64,000 bases of DNA, taken from the NCBI RefSeq assembly GCF_006345805.1, contig NC_042998.1, forward strand, positions 191,890,001 through 191,954,000, written 5' to 3'. A program made the position numbers and the translations under genes. The stretch is from Octopus sinensis (Eukaryota). The stretch's first letter is position 1. The number at the start of each line of letters is the position of its first letter. The notes beneath the pieces were generated by a model. It did not search any database. It saw nothing but the letters and a program-made list of their open reading frames with translations, and was not told the origin of the DNA. This document shows positions 12,526-26,995 of the stretch, one piece after another.

Positions 12526-14599
12526 TGTATGCATGCATGTATGTGTGCATCATCGACCAGTCCATCAGACAAACCGTATGCCTCGCTGGCTGCAATCTGC
12601 AATGTGATGGAAAGACGACTCAGTGAAACGATTCGATAATATATATAAAATATTTTACTATAAATAAAAGTACTACTTTAGCTATTGTGAACGATTTCTC
12701 TCTTTTAGTCTTGTTTATATTTGGACCTTAAACTTAAAGTCACATTTGAAATGAATTAGCTTTCATAAAATCAATTAGTCATCATTTGAAATAGAAATTA
12801 GGTTTTGAAATATAAATACACATAGTTGGCATTGCTCCACATTTATTAAACGGCGAGAAAATCATAAGGATATTTCTTCGGCTTAGTTGAAGTTTGAAGT
12901 GAACACTTTTAAGTGATTCTAATAGTGTGTCTACAATACTGAAGTTTAGCGGACCTTCCTGACTTATTAATTGCAGAACAGCCAAAATAAGAAGATTGTC
13001 AGGAAATGTATAAGCATAGCAGAAATATTGTCTGTAAAATTAATATGACAGCAAGAATATTATTCACCGTAAAAAATAAAAAGGAAATAGATTTAACATA
13101 GTCCATAGTATAAATTTAGTGTACCACAAAATGGTGATTTTCATTGAGGAAACTGCATCAAAAATGTTATTAAAGGCATTTAAAATATATGTAGGTTTTC
13201 GTCTATAATACAAAGAAAAAATTGTATATTTGGAATGGTATATAAAACACACACTAAGTATATCATAGATGATTTCATGTTTTAAAATATTTAGAGGTAT
13301 TTTAGAACAGTTTGCTGCAGAAAGTTTATTTTGTATAATAACGTGAATATTTTAATACTTTTGTCTGCATATAGTTAGCGGTAATGAATTTTTATGTGTA
13401 CAGATACCTTTATGATAGACAATTGAAAAAATTATATAACACAAATTTATGAGAAAAGTAGCTTTTAATAACGGCTATTAGCGTTATTAAAGCTATGAAT
13501 ATTCATAATATATGAATATTGGTTAATATGAAAAGAAGAAATAAGCAGGTTCGTGGTATCATGAAGGATGTTGATTTTTCTAGGCAGAAAATAGTAGACT
13601 TTAACATCAAAACAATTTTTGCCTCACTGCCTTAATTACAAGATGCAACCAGAGATCCATTCAGCAAGCAGTAAGGCTGTGGGAAGAGAAGATATACAAG
13701 TTGTGTCTCTCACTCTCAATGGAGCATATATGAAAGGTTAATGAAACAATTAAGTCGAAGATTATCAACCAGATGAAAAACATTGATTTTGTTTTAATAC
13801 GTCAAACATCTAACATTAGGGGGAAAAAAATCAATTAGGACAAATCCATTGATTTATGTCGCTTTTAGTGAAAATAGTTCTAAATATGAAGTATCTTGAA
13901 ACAGTAGATTGACCATTATAGGAATAAAAACAAAAACAAAAATGAAGAAATAACGTGAGACACGTAATTAAAATCAAGTACATCGATAAATGAAATGAAG
14001 TTGTAATCATCTATGGCTTTCAATAGAATAGACTGCAATAAATCGAGTAAATTGTAGGAAACTGATATAATTTTCTAAATTCAAAGAGACATTATTGAAA
14101 TTAGATTTGAATTATTACAATCGGCCAAAGTAGAGGGGAAATATTCACGGGGCATTATCTGATACCAATAGAAAAATTCTATAAATTGAACAAATACACA
14201 TTAAGATCGATCAGCATCACTCTAACTTAACACCTAAAAGCGTGTATCTTTACGTCACATGAAGATAACAAAAATACTGCACACACACACATATACACAC
14301 ACACACACAGACATGTATGTATATAAGTGTGTACGTATTCATGTATGTATGTTTTCATACATCTCTGCATGAATGAGCATATGAGTGCATGTACAATTGT
14401 ATACGTATACGTTTGTGTGTGAACATGTGCATATGACCACAATGAAAGGTGGGACTATATGCGTAAATCTTATTTACATGATGTATTTCATGAATGGTTT
14501 ACATATTTTTACAGTAATGTCAACCTCTTGCTATAACCTTCAGCTTAGACATGATTGTTGTGGTTTAGTAAATTTCACCTTCTCCAGATTGGTCATGAG

Positions 14600-15950
14600 G
14601 CAAATGATCCCGTACCCATATGCTCCAATAAGTTTTAAAAGAATTCTAAATTTATTGGCCGTAAGAATTACCGGCAGATTTTTCATCAGTCTGGTATAGA
14701 TGTTCTCTTTTTCACTAACTTTTAATTTTATATTGATATATGCTGAGCAACTAATTTCAGCTGCTGTTATAATAGTCCCCGATCATTATGTCAGTTTGTT
14801 TTCCTTACGTTTTATTTCAGTCTTAACAGGGGCATTCCAGTATTCTATCGAAATGTGAGCTTATTCCCAACTTATGACATGGGTGACATGCTGAATGCTA
14901 ATTTCATAAAGCCAGCATTGGAAGTTGTATCAAACACATTTACCTGTATCCTCATAACTCTTGCGAGTATAGCTTGCACCTGTATGGCCAAAGCGTATCC
15001 TACGACGTGCGAGTAACGTTCTGGTTGTTAATCCAGGTTAGATGACTTCATTTGTCAATGTTTGTGACCCTTTGCAGCCTTCTGGGAACGTAGGTATGTA
15101 TGACATTTTTGCTAGTATGTGTACTGTCTCTCTCGTGATGACTTGTGGTAGAGTTGTGAAGCTTTTCTGACTGAAAATAAGTGATCAGTCAGGCAATACT
15201 TTCCCAGAAGTTCGTTTCTTACTCTTTAGAAGTTATCGTTCTCAAGAATGCAAGCATGATCTATAAAAGGAATTGGATGTTGATGGTGATTATCTGTTGT
15301 CGAAGGGATATGGTGCAATATTCAGAAGCTGCTGTATCGATGTTAAGTCTCTATTGCCGTATGTTTGTTTAAAAGAAGGTAGTGTACATCAGTGTTCTTG
15401 TGGAATTTCCTGCAACACATTAATGATTGTAGGTTTTTAGCATCAATAGAAGGCATCTCATTTAGTAACCAGTTAAGTAGCTTCAATGTTGATATGAGCA
15501 CTTGTACGACAAATACATTGTGGGTTATCGACTTACTGCATGCGGAAAGTTATGAAGACGATATTTTCGTTATCCAGGTTTTAGATTCTCTGGTTACATG
15601 CTCCCTGCAACAAATTCCATCATAGGACATATTTTCCTCTATTCGTAAGTAACTTTAGCATCCTTCATTAGATAAATGAGTAATAGTCAGACCGTTGGTA
15701 GTAATGTTTCTAGATGGATTTCTACGAGCATTAGTCTTTGAATCTAACAAGACCATAATCAAATTTATCCACTGCCGCTACACATCTGAAGTCATGGTTT
15801 TGTTTTTATCAATAGTTCTACAGAACATCCTAAACTTGTTTTCTTTCCAGCTGCTATTCTATTTCATCTGTGGTGATGTTATCAGCTTCACAGTGATTTT
15901 TTAACAAAAGGTTCAAACAATTTAAACTCTTGTTATACTTGAAATTATAG
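14600..15950 (-). mobile_element. R4/Dong-like (RLE) non-LTR retrotransposon remnant, heavily decayed, apparently lacking the RT core
   Basis: Minus-strand fragments NFWESI (~15200) and EYWNAPVKTEIK..DIMIGD..EISC..NIKLKVSEKENIY..IGAYG (14620-14850) parallel the 35030-36062 remnant. Boundaries approximate. Confidence 0.55.
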
Positions 15951-17412
15951 CACGCAATTGACCAGTGGTTTCCAGCCAACTAGATGACATTTTGTTTGAG
16001 AATCAGTTCTGTTACAGCCATCTCGAACCAGCTTTGTATATTTGCCTCACTCCCAATATTTCTTCACTCTAGGGCGGGTGTCATTTGCTAGCAGGCATCA
16101 TTTTACTAATTGATATAGATGAGTATGTGGTCCCTAACAGACACAGCCAACATCTCGGACCACCGGACGAAACAGCCAGGGTATGATAAAGCTGCAGATT
16201 TAACCGTAGGAATCTTAAATGAAGATCCTTGCTTAAAGAAACAAGTAGTCTATGATCGAATCCATACCCTTATGTTCTCGATCCCAATCACTCACCACTG
16301 GGTTAGGTGTCATCACAAACAGTGTCGTCAACTTTGTTTTTTTATCATTCTATGGTCAATAAATAGAGCGACAACCAAAATCTTGTGCGGCACCATCTTC
16401 ATTTAGCTTTCATATCCTATATGTTTGGATTAGTTAAGAGAGAGTGCACCATGAACTTGTCTGTCTGCGACTCCATTTGTAAGTAAACAATTATAGAAAG
16501 CATGTTAAATGCTACCAAGCAATTCTGGAGCTTGAGTAAACACCGTAGCCTTTGTAATATATATTATCCAACGCCATAGCATGTATAAATATTAGGTGAT
16601 CATGCATTGATAGATGATACTTTTAAAGTAATTTCACACACACCGATAAGTTTCTTGTACTGAAGGAAATTTTTTTAAAGGTAGAATACTAGCAATATGA
16701 TAACAATGGTTTCATGCAAAATTATATGCAATCATTCAATTTCAGTGTCAATGATGTTGATAGCTTTGCCATATCTGTAGTCGAGAATGCAATACAATAT
16801 TTCATAAGAACCTTGTATTGCATATGGTACAAAAAGAAAGGGGGAAGGGATGAATGAAAGGTATCAATCATTCAGGAACTGCGTATAGAATACTTTGTTT
16901 GTAATGTATATTGACTATAATGATATTCGGGAAACTCTCTCGCATTAAAAGAGTTTAGGTAAGACGATCAGTAAATATTATCGTACATAATATATAATTC
17001 TAAACTTTCAGAATGAATATGAGTTTGTACTGGTTATCTATACTGAAATGCATGTTGGTAGACTATTATGTACTTAGTAGTTAACATATTGCTGGTAGTA
17101 TGCTATACTGTACTAGAATGTTGTGCATTAGTAATTCTCATGAATAATTGCATGCGAATAAATGATACATGTACGTGAGCACAACGTGTATATTACGCCA
17201 ATCTATCGAGATATTTCCTTTTATTTTGGTCATTCAAATCACCTGCCGTTGTACCATAGTAAGGCTGTTATATATTGGCACAAAAGTACAATATATAAAA
17301 GTATAACAGTATAGGTATATTTATATGAGTGTGTACGTATGCATGCATGCAATTATATATACATATATGCATTATGTATGTTACATACATATATGTATGT
17401 ACATAGGTATAC

Positions 17413-17507
17413 ATTATCATGCCCATCATTATCATCTTCATCTTCTTCATCATCGTCATCATCATCATCATCATCATCATTGTCATCACCATCATCATCA
17501 TCATCAT

Positions 17508-17538
<31 letters not shown>

Positions 17539-17551
17539 GTCATCATCATCA

Positions 17552-17619
<68 letters not shown>

Positions 17620-17644
17620 GTCATCATCATCGTCATCGTCATCG

Positions 17645-17678
<34 letters not shown>

Positions 17679-17711
17679 TTAATCATGATGATGTATGTAT
17701 CTCTCTATCTC

Positions 17712-17752
<41 letters not shown>

Positions 17753-17770
17753 ATATCTATCTATATACAT
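17413..17770. repeat. (CAT)n/(CGT) microsatellite followed by (CTAT)n
   Basis: Direct read; source of the poly-H/M/I ORFs. Confidence 0.95.
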
Positions 17771-18578
17771 AAATATATATAAATCGATGTATATGTGTAT
17801 ATGTATGTATATGCATGTGTGTATATGTGCGCATACATATTCATAAGTTTGTGTTTCCATTTGTGTGAACGGTGTAGCTTGCCCTGTGAGTGGACTCTTG
17901 TTTCCCAGTCGGCTCTTATTTATCTGATGTAACTGAATAATGATTATATAATGCAATTGCTAGGCGGTCCCAACGTTATTTCAATACGGTGGATGGATAA
18001 TTTATGCATAGTGCATACGGTGTATTACGCTACATGAAAGAGAGAGAGAGAGAGAGAGAGGGTATGTGTGTGTATGTGTGTGTGTGTGTGTATGTATGCG
18101 TGTGTGTGGGCGTGCATATGTGCCTGTGTGTAATGAATGGGAACGGGTTGGGGGCAGATGTTTTATAAGTTCGCGACCAATTCCACTTGTTGCCCGTTGT
18201 TGATATGAATTATATAAATTCACAAAATATTCACTTTGGCAGATATTAATATACATTCAATTTGCTTTCATATTATATTCAAGGAGCTGCACAAATTGCA
18301 AGGTACAACATAGAAAACACGAAGCACAAAGTGATTTTCCTCCATTGTCATTCTCGCTCAGTGGCGGTAAAAAGCGCCATTTTGAATGACTGTGTAATTA
18401 TGTTCATACATTTGGATGTTGTCCTGTAAGTGTCATGAGATCATTCTATAGCCCAGAGCAACGATTGCTTCAGTTCCCTTATTCCTTTATCCGGCTCCTT
18501 TGTTTCGCATCATGTGTATTCTCATAAAAAAATGTCCTTCTTAACAATTATGGGAGAGGAAACATTAGTACCGCTGAA

Positions 18579-18602
18579 GCTACTACTACTGCTACTACTA
18601 TC

Positions 18603-18641
<39 letters not shown>

Positions 18642-18737
18642 ATAATACCACTGCTACTACCACTACTACTGCAACAACTACTGCTACTACTACCGCTACT
18701 ACAACTACTACTCTTGCTGCTGCTTTAGCTCATATCA

Positions 18738-18768
<31 letters not shown>

Positions 18769-18806
18769 CGCTACCACTACTACTACTACCAACACCAATA
18801 CTACCA

Positions 18807-18838
<32 letters not shown>

Positions 18839-18935
18839 GATGATTTAGCTCATATCACTACTACTATCACTACCACTACTACTACTACTACCACTACCAA
18901 TACTACTACTGTTGCTGCTGCTTTAGTAGTACTAC
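18579..18935. repeat. Imperfect (ACT)/(ACC)n microsatellite with an internal duplication
   Basis: Direct read; the unique motif tttagctcatatcacta occurs twice (~18724 and ~18844). Confidence 0.9.
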
Positions 18936-19592
18936 TGCTACTCCGGCTTCCAATACAACTCCGTCTTCTACCACTTCCACCAATAATACGACATGGATTA
19001 CTTCAGCTGCTACTGCTTGTACTAATGAGGCCGATACAGTCACTACAGCTATGACCACTATTATTGCTACTGCCACTACCAACTTCAACGTATGACCTAT
19101 CCCACCACTACGAACTACTCCAATTTTCCCGTTCCGTGGCGGGGCCCCTCATCTGCGATGTCACATATTGTGACACCTACTCCAATGGGTGTTGTCAGCT
19201 ACCAGCCTAACCTCCGTAGATTGCCAGGCTGAGAAAAAAATAAACCGGTCATGGTATTGGTCGCATGACTAAATATTTTTGCATCGTCCAAACCAGTAGC
19301 ATTTTCAATTAGAATCTAAACATTATTCTCTTCTTCATCATAAAATTTTAAAAGAAGTTTACTTTTTCTAATATATGTGTATGTGTGCGTGAGTGTGCAT
19401 ATATATATATATGTACACACACATACACTCATACATACACACACACACTCACACACTCACACACACACATATATATATGTATATATATATATATGACGGG
19501 AAGCTTTATGAAAATAAACAAAAGACGAAGGCAGGTGGAGTACAAACAAACAATTGTATTATTATGGCGCTCAGGAATATAAATAAAACAAG

Positions 19593-19630
19593 TCTTTTAC
19601 GTTTCGAGCCTACGCTCTTCAACAGAAAGA
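19593..19630 (-). ncRNA. Minimal type-I hammerhead-like motif (A6->U) in a (TA)n-flanked module 19495-19670
   Basis: Minus strand: tcttt CTGTTGA a-gagc-gtag-gctc GAAA CG TA aaaga. Perfect 5-bp stem I, 4-bp stem II, palindromic ACGU stem III, GUA site. Confidence 0.65.
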
Positions 19631-19666
19631 TACACAGAAAAGAAACACGGAGAGAAACAAGGAGAG

Positions 19667-19713
<47 letters not shown>

Positions 19714-20733
19714 TTAAACATGCTAACTATTCACCGATCAGTTTTGTAAAGCCTTTTCCCCCACCAATTTAGATATATCTATACGTAAATCCTTATTAAA
19801 CCATTTTTTTTTTCTTATCTATAAAATAAAAAATTTTCTTCGAAAACAAATGTTAATCTGATTGTTTGTCACTCCTATAAATATTCAATTATATTTTCAT
19901 CGCTGCTGTGATTTTTATATTAACGAGTGTCTTAATATCACTCTTCTGTAAGTCTCTCATGATTTAAAGATAACTTTTTTATAACTGATTTTGAACAAAT
20001 AATAATAAGCCACGGGTTAAATGCGTATTCCACTTAGATTCGTTCCATATGTAAGTCCTCAAGTCTTATTATGTGATTCTGACAACTTTAATATAGATTT
20101 TAAAATAATTAAATATTTCATATATTTAATTTCGTTAATGTCTACCAATAATTAAATTGTTTACAGTTTATTGAAAGCATTTTAAATCTTTCATAATCTA
20201 GTGGCACAGACGATACAGTTGCTTAGGTTTGTTCTGAATTCAAATCAGAGTTGATATAAAATTTCAATCGTATATATATATATGATACACTATATAAACC
20301 ATGTATACATGGGGCAATTCAATTGCAGCTACAACCAAGTGGTTAAGAAGTTCCCTGTGCACTCACTAAACTATGAATGCGTGAAGCATTGAGAAGTGTT
20401 TTGTCTGAAAGAATGGAGAACACTCAAAACTTGTGGAAGAAATTTAGGAGAATGAAGCCTATCGAATGGACTCTAATTATAATTTTGAATGGTTTCTTTG
20501 TCACACAAAGAACTACGCTGAATGTTCATGAAATTTTCGTTCAAAGTATAAGCAGTTGTGGAATACTCAACCACTTATCAAATGTTCATTTGCTTGTGTA
20601 ATATGTAAATGCCTATCTATTTCTTTGTTGCTACACGAGGTAGAAGTAGGGTGTCTGTACCGCTTCGAACTTTCACACATACACACACACACACACTCAT
20701 ATATTAATATAAGCAGCTCGGCACAATGAAATA

Positions 20734-20927
20734 CCTATTTCTTTACTACCTACAAGGGGCTAAGCACAGAGGGCACAAAGAAGGACAGACAAAGGTATTA
20801 AGTCGATTACATCGACCCCAGTGCGTAACTGGTACTTAGTTTATCGACCCCGAAAGAACGCAGCGGCAGACGAAATACCGCTAAGCACTTCGCCCGGCGC
20901 GCTAACGATTCTGCCAGCTCGCCGCCT
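20734..20927 (-). mobile_element. SINE family A (internal deletion)
   Basis: TSD gctc(g/a)gcacaatgaaata at 20716-20733 and 20928-20945. Confidence 0.9.
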
Positions 20928-21319
20928 GCTCAGCACAATGAAATATCATGAAGGAAAAATGTAATCGTCCCTAAGTGTGAGTTAGGACGCCGAAACACCT
21001 ACATTGCTAGAAATAAGAGTTTAAAAGAAACTCTTAATCTTGTAAGAAGAGCGCAAAATATATACACTGTCAGGAGAGATAACTGCCCCATGACCGTCTC
21101 TAGAATCACCAGATTAGGCCTAATTCGCCTATTCAGTAGGCATTGTCAGCAGTGACTGCTCGAACTTTTTATATTAATTTTTAGCGTATGCTTAAGCATT
21201 TCGCTAAATCAGCCATAAATTTTTATGGTAAAAATATATATACTGTCAGACGGAATTAGCCAAAGCATTGACGGTAACACCGGTTACTGACATGTTTATC
21301 CTTAGCTCTTGAGCACAGC

Positions 21320-21560
21320 CATCAAAAGCAGAGATATCGTTGTTTTAATACCAAAATGTCTGCAATGAAATTAAATGTGAGTCGCAGAGTCTATTGCGCG
21401 ACGTCCAGTGACAAAAACAATCTGCGGTGCTCTTAAAGCTTTGAAGACGCACTGGGATCGCTGCGTACCTTCCCAAGGGAGAATATAATATACATCCTTG
21501 GAAATATTTTATTTACTTATCATTCTGTCAGTCACAGGTAAACGAAACTTAGTTACTCAG
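21320..21560 (+). mobile_element. Possible mariner 3' remnant
   Basis: LKTHWDRCVPSQG resembles the mariner C-terminal W.RC...G.Y motif; very decayed. Confidence 0.35.
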
Positions 21561-24299
21561 TAAACACGCAATACATAGCAGTTAGTGATATCAGGTCCTG
21601 AGGGATAAGCAGACTAGGAACGGACGAATATATATGAAACGAGAATACTAACTGTCTTAGACAGATAGTGTTGAATAGACACACTAAATAAAAATTACAT
21701 TTGGTCTATTTAAAATAGCAAGGCCTTGTATAACCCTCAAACAGTGCACCCTGTAATTAGCTCTTATACTCTGCAAACACTTTAATATTGTCCTCTCTCT
21801 AAACAGGGATACTTAGCGATTTTTTCTAACCTGCAGGACACTTCTGACACTAACAATTATTGAGCTGTCGTACTCACTTCATGTATCTCAGAGGAAACGG
21901 ATGTCAAAGTTAGCAATGATCTTCGTCCACATTTAGACTTTCCTCACTCTTCTTACTCACAATGCTTGCAGCTTTTAAACCTATTTTCATAACAGATCTA
22001 CTGTTATATCGCTCTTGGTAGACTCTCATCGTAGACAAACTTAGTGAAGAGTATCATAGCTCTCGATATAAGCAAATATTTCAACGATTGTCTAGAAAGT
22101 AAACCTCTTGATAAAAACATCCGCCAATGAAATCCGTTCGTCAGTTAACTCTTGCATTAGTAGTTTCCTGTCCTTTGAAAAAGGAACTCTACTGACCTGA
22201 GCTAACATAGCGCTCTCTGATCAACAACCGATCAGCAGAGTTAGGTTCTGTCCTCCAAACTCTTCCTAATACATATCATGGTGATACTTGGGATCACATA
22301 CAACAATATCCACTCTTACACAGTTGGTACCACACTTCAGTCAGCCTTAAACGTCCACACCCAAGCTATTTAGATTCCTCATAACAAATCTACGCGGAAT
22401 CAATGAACAAGGTATCTACAAAATAACCTCTGAATGAATCATAGCAAATTTGTTTCTTTCGACCGCAAAACTCTAATCACTGCACATATCAAAAGAACAT
22501 AATCCCAGTTACCCTCTTCTTTAAAAGTCAGTATCACACAACTTGGTCCTTCGCGATTATTCCTCATGGTGGATCTCATTATCATTGTTGATTGCAACTT
22601 TCAAACTAGGCTTTGATACAGATTTCATCCTACCGCACAACATTGAGTAAGAGTCCTCTATCATAACCTAGACTTGACACAATCCTTGTAAATAGATGGA
22701 AGGTGTGTGAAAGCACCGGACTGACAATATTTCTCTGACCGATTTGTCTATTGTTCTTGAGTACATTTAAAGCACTTAAGTACATTTAAATTGCCTGAGT
22801 ACATTTAATGCATATATTCGCATAAATTTCTCAGTATGAGATAGTTGGTATTTTGATACAGAATCGTACTATAATAGAAACGAACTAGTGGTGCCTGCAT
22901 TTTTGCCTGCTTTCTCTCGCTAGTCTTCCAGGCGCTGCAAAAATGTCATCTGCGTTGTTCTTTCAATGTCTAAATTACGAACAAAAAACAGTTCATTGTG
23001 CAGACTATCCCTATATATAATTTTTATTTGAAGATTTTAATTCATCCTATATATATATAAATGTGAATGTGTTTTTGTGTGTGTCTGTGTATGTATATAC
23101 ATACAGGGCACTAACGACCTTTTATTCTGGGTTGCGGTATTACCAAAATGTCAATGAAACCGAAATGTCATTGCGTAAAGTTTAAAAAATTATATCAACA
23201 CTTTAAAAATATAGATAATATTATTACAATTTAAAAAAGGAGAAAAATGTTTTATAGTAAAAGAACATAAACAGCACGATAACTATTAAGGGAAGTTGTA
23301 AATTTTATATTCAGATATTTACTGCTTCAGAAAACTTCTAACTGTAATGATATACCAAATGTTTGCACATGTCCACGCACGTTTATCAATGGATTTTATC
23401 TTGTTCCTGAAAGAATTTACTTACACTCAATGTTTATAATTCATTTGTCAACATCAAGATGATAAGTGGTAAAATAATCGAGTGAATGCATTGTAAATTT
23501 ATTGAGATTTGACGCGTCTGACCAGAATGGCTTTTCCTACCTTGTTAAATAAATGTAGGTAAATGTTTTAATGTAGTATTGTACAAGATGAGATTCAGAC
23601 AACGAGTTCCACAGACCCTCCGAGACCACATTGAAAGACAACTGTCCTAGCCTAACCGAATCATGATGGCTTCAGAGGAAAACATAAGCTAGGAAGGTTT
23701 GCTCCATTTCTCTGCTCAATAAAAAAGGCATTCTGTGAATGAAGAACTTGAAATATTTTGCATGAATTTTAGATGACGAGAAGAAAGACGTGTGTGGATA
23801 TGGCAAGGATTCGACCAGCTTTGAAAACGAGAGTTTTAGTAGAGTGAAGAGAGAGCACATCTGTGGGCTAAACATTGCTATATAAAAGAAGACCTAAAGC
23901 GTTGACTCTCACACTTGATTCAGCTTTATAATTTTCCGTGCCTGGTTTTAACCAGAGCAAAAGAACCTTCTGGCTTAACTTGGTTATTCGAAAAGATAAA
24001 GATGTCTTCCTAACGGAAGTTTCGCATATAAAGATTGGCTTGGAAACATGTTTTCCTTTTTCACACGAAAAGTTACAACAGAGGGAGTAAAAATAACAAC
24101 TGCTAATTCGTGAGAGGACTTTTGGTGTTAAGCTGGATTATAACCAATAAGAATTCTAGCGAACCATCTTTCGACATCGTAACAAGGATCCCTCTTTCAA
24201 AGTGACATCAAGGAGTCGCCTGATATTCTTCTCTCTTCAGACAAGAGCATCCCTAAGAGGTTGAGAGAGAATACTTTGGAGGTCTGTTATGAAAATAAA

Positions 24300-24550
24300 A
24301 TCTTCTGGTGAACCCAAAGTGCATCTAGGGGTAACGAAAATCATAGGGGTAATTAGATCGCCCAAATGAGGAAAAGTCGCTGGGAAAGGTGACACTCAAG
24401 TATTCTGTGGATGAATCAGGAATGTTAGATGCTTTGGACATTTGAAAAAATAACAAAGCAATGGTGATTCTATGTGGGAGTCCCAATATTTTAAAGAAGA
24501 GAGACATGAAGGATTGCTTTAACTATAGTAGGATATCACTGTAATGAAGC
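24300..24550 (+). mobile_element. LINE (RTE-like) RT N-terminal remnant
   Basis: PIF/KKRDMKDCFNYSRISL (with frameshift, ~24482-24541) matches the conserved PI.KKGD...C.NYRGISL motif. Confidence 0.45.
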
Positions 24551-26599
24551 TGGACAGTAGAAGACAACATTAAGAGTACACGAATCTGTGGAGCACTCAA
24601 CCGGTTGCAAGTTAATTCTACGAATAAGAATTCAGGTGGTTGGACATCTGAATATCGTGGAAACTGACGAAAAGCCCATCATTTCTACATTGTATCTATT
24701 CTACTGCTAAACTTCTACACACCTCTCATAACGTAGTCTTATAATTTACTACTGATTTTTAAGACACTTGCAGAATTTTACCAGTAGAATATAGAGGGAG
24801 TAGAAATGGTGGTTTCTTCGTCAGTTTCCACGATGATCATTCATATTTTCAACCAGGAATTAATGTTTAACTGGTCGAATATTTCAGGCATTCGTGGACT
24901 CGTAACATTAAACATGCTAATTTCTATTCCACACAGAGCAACACATCTCTCCCGTATCTATTCCTTTTTTTTTTTTCATCATCCCTAATACGTATCCCCA
25001 TGTTCCACACAATGAAAACGTTACCTAATCGATCATTAAAACTACTACCACCTACGCTTGTCTTCCTAGACGCAGGATTTTGAAAACACCAACGTCATAA
25101 TATCGAACCTGAACATTTACCGGTTTAAATCCAGCAGTGAAGGTGCGTCTACCGATTCATGGGCACTGTACCTCCTTTAATCTGACTATCTTTAAAGACG
25201 TAAATATCGGAATTTAGTGCATGCAATTGTATTACGTGTTTTCAAAGAAGTGGTTTGGATAGTTAAGGTGATGGTGAGACTGAGGATTAAAATATTACTG
25301 CTGATGGTAGTGGTGTAGGTGCTGGTGTTGGTATTGGTGTTGGCGGTAGTGGAATAGTAGTGGCAAAAAGGATGGAATGATGATGATAATAATTCTAAAG
25401 CTGAGGTGTGAATAAGCGAAATTTTATATCCATAGCAATGTTGTTGTTTGTTGTGTGTGATTACTATAATATTAATAGCAATGCCCACGCTACACTGACC
25501 ATGGGAATGGGAGGAACTCTATATCTCTCGTAGTAAAATTATTCTAATAATATTTATGTTAATGAATTCTTCCTTAATGAAATTCGCTTCAGGCACTCAG
25601 AACCAAGTTTTTATCGATCTGTTGGTCTGCTTTAATCGATTTTTCAGTTGTTCAAATCTTATAATTTTTGTTTATCCAATTTCTTCGTTTTCTTTATCAC
25701 ATCAGTTACTTTCGTGAAAATATTTGTTTTCCTCTTTTTAATCCATTAAATTTTACATTTGCTATATAACATCCACGTTCGCTCATTTCAAGTTTTCCAT
25801 GTTTCTTTCTGTTTTACTGTGGTTTTTCTTTTTTCTTTTTGTTTTACCGTTTTCATTTGTTTTATTTGAAATGAGTTCAGTGTTTTCTATGTTGTCAGAA
25901 TAATTTAAATCATACAGTTATTCTCTTTACTTCTCTTCTTCACAACCTTCAGATTCTCCTCAAATTATTATTGCTATTGTTGTTGTTGCTGTTGTTGTTA
26001 TTGCTGCTGTTGCTGTTGTTGTTGTCATTGTAGTTAATATTATTATTAGTAGTAGTAGTGGTACTTTTAACATATTGTTATCATTAGTATCATCATTATT
26101 AACGTAATTTTCGAATTGGTGGGAAATACAAAGAAGAGATCACCATGGAAATAATTTAGAACCATCTTATTAATCGTCCTCTCCACACAGAAAATAATCT
26201 TGCACAATAGTTTCAGATATAATGCAAAGCAAAATACACTGTTATTTTGACTGCTGTGTATTTATTTTACTTTTTATCGCAATAAACTACATTTGGTGCA
26301 CAGAATAATATAGTTCTATTATAGCAGTTGTAGAAGGTAAGTTAAGTAGCTAGTGGAATGGAGAACTGGAGGATCTTCACATGAGTTATTAACTCAATCG
26401 TATGCAAAGTATGTAATTATAATTTGTGAGGTGTATGCTCTTTATTTTACGTTGCTTCAGTTTGAAATGTCTGGCATTTTCTGAAAAAATACTTTTCGGT
26501 GTTTTGAGTATAAGCTGTGAAAAGCTTCTTAGGAAGAGAAACAAATGGATAAATGTATACATTTGGTGCAGGCGTTATCGTCTATCATTTACCTTTTAA

Positions 26600-26995
26600 T
26601 GTTTTGCCTGTTTCAGTGACTAGTCTATGGTCTTACATGAGAATCGCCTTGAAGAATTTAGTCGAGCAAATCGACCCGAGCACTTATTTGTTAAGTCTAT
26701 TACTCTATCGATCATTTTAGCCGAGCCAATAGGTTACGGAGACATAAATAAACTAACTCCAGTGGTCAGGTGGCAGAGGGGGGGAACAAACACAAGCACA
26801 AAAGCCATATGCACCCACACATACATACATATATATATGAGGGATTTTCACAGTTCCCCTCAGTGCATTCACTCACAAAGCATTGGTCGAGTCAAGGCGA
26901 TAGTAGAAGACACTTGCCCTAGATACCTCATAGTAGGACTAAACTCGAAACCACGCGGTTGCAAAGCGGATTTTTTAACCACACAGCTATGCCTG
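26600..26995 (-). mobile_element. SINE family B, diverged copy
   Basis: Reverse-strand similarity to 36531-36921 (tagtagaagacacttgccc, gtcgagcaaatcgaccc). Confidence 0.7.

Noticed and set aside
17268-17846. Poly-His / poly-Met ORFs
   Set aside because: Translation of a (CAT)n microsatellite.
21850-22700. Very old RTE-like LINE on the minus strand
   Set aside because: Only vague motif echoes; cannot be supported without an alignment.
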